Source: an uncultured Eubacteriaceae bacterium (GTDB lineage Bacteria > Bacillota > Clostridia > Eubacteriales > UBA1433). From it: DNA of 64,000 bases. The stretch is from contig CAZHMK010000007.1 of assembly GCA_964533615.1 (NCBI GenBank), forward strand, positions 73,653 to 137,652. Direction: 5' to 3'. Below are positions 60,335-64,000 of the stretch, piece after piece. The notes beneath the pieces were generated by a model. It saw nothing but the letters and a program-made list of their open reading frames with translations. It was not told the DNA's origin and did no database searches. The position numbers were made by a program, and so were the translations under genes. Each line of letters begins with the position of its first letter. The first letter of the stretch is position 1.

Positions 60335-60907
60335 CTATATTTTGCAGGTTATTTTATCATGCATATTTTTTATAGATATAAAATCTTCCATAACATGTTG
60401 TTCTTTATTGATATCTCTTAATACTGCTGATGGATGATAGGTCGCAATAATATTAAATCTACCTTTTTGATACCAAACGCCTCTGTTTTTAGTAATCTTA
60501 AAATCTTTTTCTATTATATTTTTGGCAGCAACAGCACCCAAGCATACAATAATACCGGGATTTATTATCTTTACCTGCCATCTTAAAAATTCTATACAAT
60601 TTCTGCATTCGTCTTCTAAAGGGGTTCTATTATTCGGCGGTCTGCATTTGATTATATTTGTGATATATATATCCGTTCTTGTTATAGCGACGGCCTTTAA
60701 CATTTTATTAAACAATTCTCCTGATTTACCTACAAAGTGTCTTCCGGTTTGATCTTCGTGATATCCCGGAGCTTCTCCTACAAATAAGATATCGCTATTT
60801 TTGTTTCCTTCTCCGAATACAACATTTGTTCTCGTTTTCGACAGGGGACATCTATTACAATTTTTTGTAATTTCTTCAAGCTCATTAAGATTATACATTT
60901 TTTTCAT
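60335..60907 (-). CDS. Uracil-DNA glycosylase, family 4
   Basis: GEAPGYHED motif, Fe-S cysteines and the HPSAVLR motif. Confidence 0.85.
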   Translation of the reverse strand: MKKMYNLNELEEITKNCNRCPLSKTRTNVVFGEGNKNSDILFVGEAPGYHEDQTGRHFVGKSGELFNKMLKAVAITRTDIYITNIIKCRPPNNRTPLEDECRNCIEFLRWQVKIINPGIIVCLGAVAAKNIIEKDFKITKNRGVWYQKGRFNIIATYHPSAVLRDINKEQHVMEDFISIKNMHDKITCKI

Positions 60908-61379
60908 CTGTATTTATTCCAACCTTTTATTTTTTAAATATTAAATAGAACTTTATAATCTAGATTTCGTTTATTTGCTTCGGAAATAACAGAAGTTTGG
61001 TTAACGTATCGATTAAGAAATTCTTTATGATGCCGATTTTGATTTTTCTCTCACTAGTGGATATTCTTTCACAAAGTCAAATCAGAATAAATTCGTATTT
61101 ATTATACTATGCTTTACGGTAATATAAAAGGTCTTATTCTTAATCATATATTGAATTATATAGAATTGCTCTTCAATGACCATTTACACGCCTTTGCGCA
61201 TAATGTACAGTTAATATCACAAAGGAGAAAAGATAAGCTTGTTCTGTCAAATTTTTCATAATAAAACAATTTGATTTATCTTTTTATAGTCGCCGGTAAA
61301 CCGCTATATTCAATTTATTTTTTTCAATATCATCTCTATTTAAAATTAGGTAAACTATGTAGTATGCTTATACTTGCAA

Positions 61380-62672
61380 TTAATTTATGGAAATTATATT
61401 TTCAAATTGCTCATATATTCTATCCATAAGTTTTGCGATCACATCAAGATCTCTTCCTCCTGCATAGGTACAACTTGAAAATGTACACTGATCTTTAAAA
61501 GAAGATACCGTTAATTGAAAATAAGGAATTGGCTTTATAGCAGTTGCAAAAAAAGCTTCTGATATCTCACTTCCAGTAAAGCATAGTTTTATCTCATCAA
61601 TTTTGCCTAAATTAGTATATGATATCATCGAAATTGGTGACATTTTAAAAAATATTTTTTCAAGAATTGAGTAATGCATTATACGATATAGCAAATGAAA
61701 AAGTATTGGGCCTTTTAAACACGTGTTTCCTGCTTTTTGTCTATTCATCTGAGTAGAAATCTTTTTCAGTGTAACTTCATAAATCTCGTTTTGTTCAATA
61801 TGAACTTTACAGTAATAATTCCCGGTCAAATTACAAACACTGCATTTAGTTTGTTTTCCGCCAAATCGTCTCAAATCAACCGGTGATGGTATAGTAATGT
61901 CATTCCAACCAAATTGATCGTGCAGCGCACGCGCATAAGCTGTAAGAAATGCATCATTCAAGCTCGCATTATGCTTCTTAACAAAAGAATGAACTTTGAA
62001 AAACATATCTGCATTAACTGTTCGTGTTAGTATTGTGGGTTTTGTATTTTTCCCTATTAGCGGAATAGTTTTCTGAGCATCGTTTGATGAAACCGGTGAT
62101 TTGGAATACAAAATTTTTATTTTTTTATAGATAGAAAAACTTTCTGTAATCTGATAAAAATCCCGTCGTTTACCAATATCTTCACAACAATCGAATGTTT
62201 TTGCACTATTATCTGAAGAATAATACTGGGAAAATGAATATATAAGTTGTTCAAATCCTTTGCCATCACATACCAAATGGCTTACTACGATGCAAATAGT
62301 GTCATTCTTTTCTCCGCATATCAAAAAAATTCTTATAGGCGGATCTATTCCAATACAAAGCGAGGACATTAATTTTTCCGTTTCAATCTTTTTCTGTTCT
62401 ATATCTGGTGTAATAATTGATAGATAATCATTTTCGCAAAATGATGCTTCAATCCATTCTTTCTTTTCTGCAATATATCTACATCTTAAAATAGGATATT
62501 CTGCAAGAATACTCTTTAAAGCAATCAATAGTCTTTCATTTTTGACTTTTCCGGTAAAGCGTATACAACATCGAATCAATGGTGGTTGCACATAACTGTA
62601 AAAATACTGCATTATATCAAATGGTTGCGCTTTTATTTTCATATAAAATACTGCCTCTCTATTATCTATCAT
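61380..62672 (-). CDS. Stand-alone condensation-domain-like acyltransferase (NRPS C / PapA5 / WS-DGAT superfamily)
   Basis: 430 aa with an HxxxDG catalytic motif in the expected position (VVSHLVCDGKGF). No adjacent A or T domains. GAGAGGAA RBS. Confidence 0.6.
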   Translation of the reverse strand: MIDNREAVFYMKIKAQPFDIMQYFYSYVQPPLIRCCIRFTGKVKNERLLIALKSILAEYPILRCRYIAEKKEWIEASFCENDYLSIITPDIEQKKIETEKLMSSLCIGIDPPIRIFLICGEKNDTICIVVSHLVCDGKGFEQLIYSFSQYYSSDNSAKTFDCCEDIGKRRDFYQITESFSIYKKIKILYSKSPVSSNDAQKTIPLIGKNTKPTILTRTVNADMFFKVHSFVKKHNASLNDAFLTAYARALHDQFGWNDITIPSPVDLRRFGGKQTKCSVCNLTGNYYCKVHIEQNEIYEVTLKKISTQMNRQKAGNTCLKGPILFHLLYRIMHYSILEKIFFKMSPISMISYTNLGKIDEIKLCFTGSEISEAFFATAIKPIPYFQLTVSSFKDQCTFSSCTYAGGRDLDVIAKLMDRIYEQFENIISIN

Positions 62673-63007
62673 TTTGATTGTTCCTCTCAGAGATTATATA
62701 AATTCTTACATTTGAAACTAGATTTTTCGTAGAATTCAAATCTGGTGAACGGTGGGTATAAATGAATAAGCTGTAAAATTAGAAAGACACTCTACGATAG
62801 CGCAGGGTGCTTACTTGTATAAACACAGATGAATTGAAATTTGACATTTATCTAAATCACAGCCTGTCTTTGAGCCGGCTTCTGAAATAATCTAATTCAT
62901 CGGGTATATAAAACCAATGTTTGCCGTCTTTTTGTTCTACAAAAAAAAGCAGCAAACTTCATATCTCGGCAACAGAAATGGCTTATTTACTTAGGCTTTC
63001 TGTATAT

Positions 63008-64000
63008 TTATTCTTTTACCCGTGACATCAATATCACCGTCTCTACATGCGGAGTATGTGGAAACATATCAACAATTGCCAGTTTGTTTACTACATATCG
63101 GTGCTCTATTAAATATTTTAAATCTTTTATTAACGCTGTCGGATTGCATGAAACATATAAAATATGTTTTGAATTGAATGAGGCAATTTTACCTAAAACT
63201 TTAGGATGCATTCCTGCACGGGGAGGATCCAGAATAATAACATCAGGATTTTCATCAATATTGTAGATAACATCTAAAACATCACCGCAAATAAAAGAGC
63301 AGTTTTTTATGTTGTTGAGTTCGGCATTTTTCTTTGCCGATTCGATTGCATCGGCTACAATTTCAATACCGATTACTTTAGTAGCATATTCACAAACCAT
63401 TTGAGTAATCGTACCGGTTCCGCAATATAGATCAAATATGGTATCACATTGAATTGAATGAAGCATCTTGATTACAACGCCATATAAAACTTCACAGCCG
63501 GAGGAATTTGTTTGGAAAAATGAGAAAGGAGAAATGTTAAAAGTTTTATCTAAACATTTTTCTTGCATATAATCCCTTCCATATAATATAGATATCGCTT
63601 CGGCGTGTATGGCATCAGATATCGAATTATTGATTGTTTTAATAACAGATACGATATTTTTATCCAATTCAAGATTTAATAACATATTTAGGAAAGATTG
63701 TTCGTCAAAAGCCTCCTGAGAAGTAATGATTATATTTATCATCAATTGATTGGTAAATTCACCTTTGCGAATTATTAAATGGCGAAGAAGTCCTTTATGG
63801 GAGCCTCTGTGATAGTAAGAATATTGATGCTGATTGCAATGTGAAACAGTATTTTTTAAAATAGTTTTAAAATCTTCATCGATAAGCTCGCATTCTTCTG
63901 CCGAAATAATATCATAGAACCGATCCTTTTTATGCATTCCAAGCGTAAGCGGAGCATTTTTATGAGTATTTCCAAATGAAAATTCCATTTTATTGCGATA
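63008..64000 (-). CDS. 23S rRNA (uracil-C5)-methyltransferase RumA/TrmA family; N-terminus lies beyond the window end
   Basis: YRNKMEFSFG, FFQTN, the SAM-binding DLYCGTGT, DPPRAGM and VSCNP motifs. The frame stays open to nt 64000. Confidence 0.8.
   Translation of the reverse strand, partial: YRNKMEFSFGNTHKNAPLTLGMHKKDRFYDIISAEECELIDEDFKTILKNTVSHCNQHQYSYYHRGSHKGLLRHLIIRKGEFTNQLMINIIITSQEAFDEQSFLNMLLNLELDKNIVSVIKTINNSISDAIHAEAISILYGRDYMQEKCLDKTFNISPFSFFQTNSSGCEVLYGVVIKMLHSIQCDTIFDLYCGTGTITQMVCEYATKVIGIEIVADAIESAKKNAELNNIKNCSFICGDVLDVIYNIDENPDVIILDPPRAGMHPKVLGKIASFNSKHILYVSCNPTALIKDLKYLIEHRYVVNKLAIVDMFPHTPHVETVILMSRVKE

Noticed and set aside
62850-62990. A 34-codon minus-strand reading frame (MKFAAFF/VEQKDGKHWFYIPDELDYFRSRLKDRL*), restorable by removing one base from an 8-nt homopolymer at 62941-62948, within a GC-richer spacer
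   Set aside because: It has no SD and no recognisable domain. It may be a relic of a lost gene or pure chance, and the evidence is insufficient to call it a feature.
1-64000. Searched for tRNA, rRNA, tmRNA, CRISPR repeats, IS or transposon ends, integrases, toxin-antitoxin pairs and known defence-system signatures
   Set aside because: I found none by eye. There are no T-loop GGTTCGAATCC-type motifs in intergenic DNA, no regularly spaced repeats and no recombinase-like ORFs. The RHH protein has no adjacent toxin-like partner other than the SPFH gene.

Overview
This is an AT-rich (about 30% GC by eye) chromosomal segment. Its gene content looks like a low-GC anaerobic Firmicute of the Clostridia type: pyruvate formate-lyase, membrane pyrophosphatase, DegV, an ANTAR regulator and GGAGG-type ribosome-binding sites. 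All family calls rest on motif recognition by eye, because no BLAST, HMM or RNA folding could be run. I saw no rRNA, tRNA, CRISPR array, transposase, integrase or phage genes, so this does not look like a mobile island or a recognisable defence system.

Main blocks, in order:
- A six-gene, translationally coupled polyamine operon (speD, speA, speE, speB, a CASDH-like gene, nspC) at 4.5-10.9 kb.
- An ArsR regulator followed by a four-domain CoADR-rhodanese-TusA-DsrE fusion at 11.1-13.9 kb.
- An SPFH gene followed by a 56-aa ribbon-helix-helix ORF that the ORF track missed.
- A CDGSH protein, a DUF4474-like/metallophosphoesterase pair, an SDR and hppA.
- A 1434-aa fused BCR/HAD-family protein that may be a plasmalogen synthase.
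- Two c-di-GMP turnover proteins.
- A nitrogen assimilation cluster at 29.9-40.3 kb: an FMN-only GltS-like gene, glnA, a pseudo-receiver ANTAR regulator and gltBD.
- nadABC behind a palindromic operator, then pflBA.
- A block of poorly characterised genes at 53.9-62.7 kb: an orphan pilin, a TetR-controlled radical SAM gene, two stand-alone CAT-fold acyltransferases and an MFS transporter.

The most notable direct observations are:
- A 116-bp, 115/116-identical copy of the gltB 5' end. It forms a truncated stub with its own diverged leader, 4.3 kb upstream of the intact gene.
- Several independent gene-decay events: a degV remnant, a multiply disrupted membrane-protein gene and a T10 frameshift in nhaA.
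- A matched pair of TGAnCGnnCGnTCA operators.

No single clear-cut novel system is evident. The candidates are listed below with calibrated interest scores.
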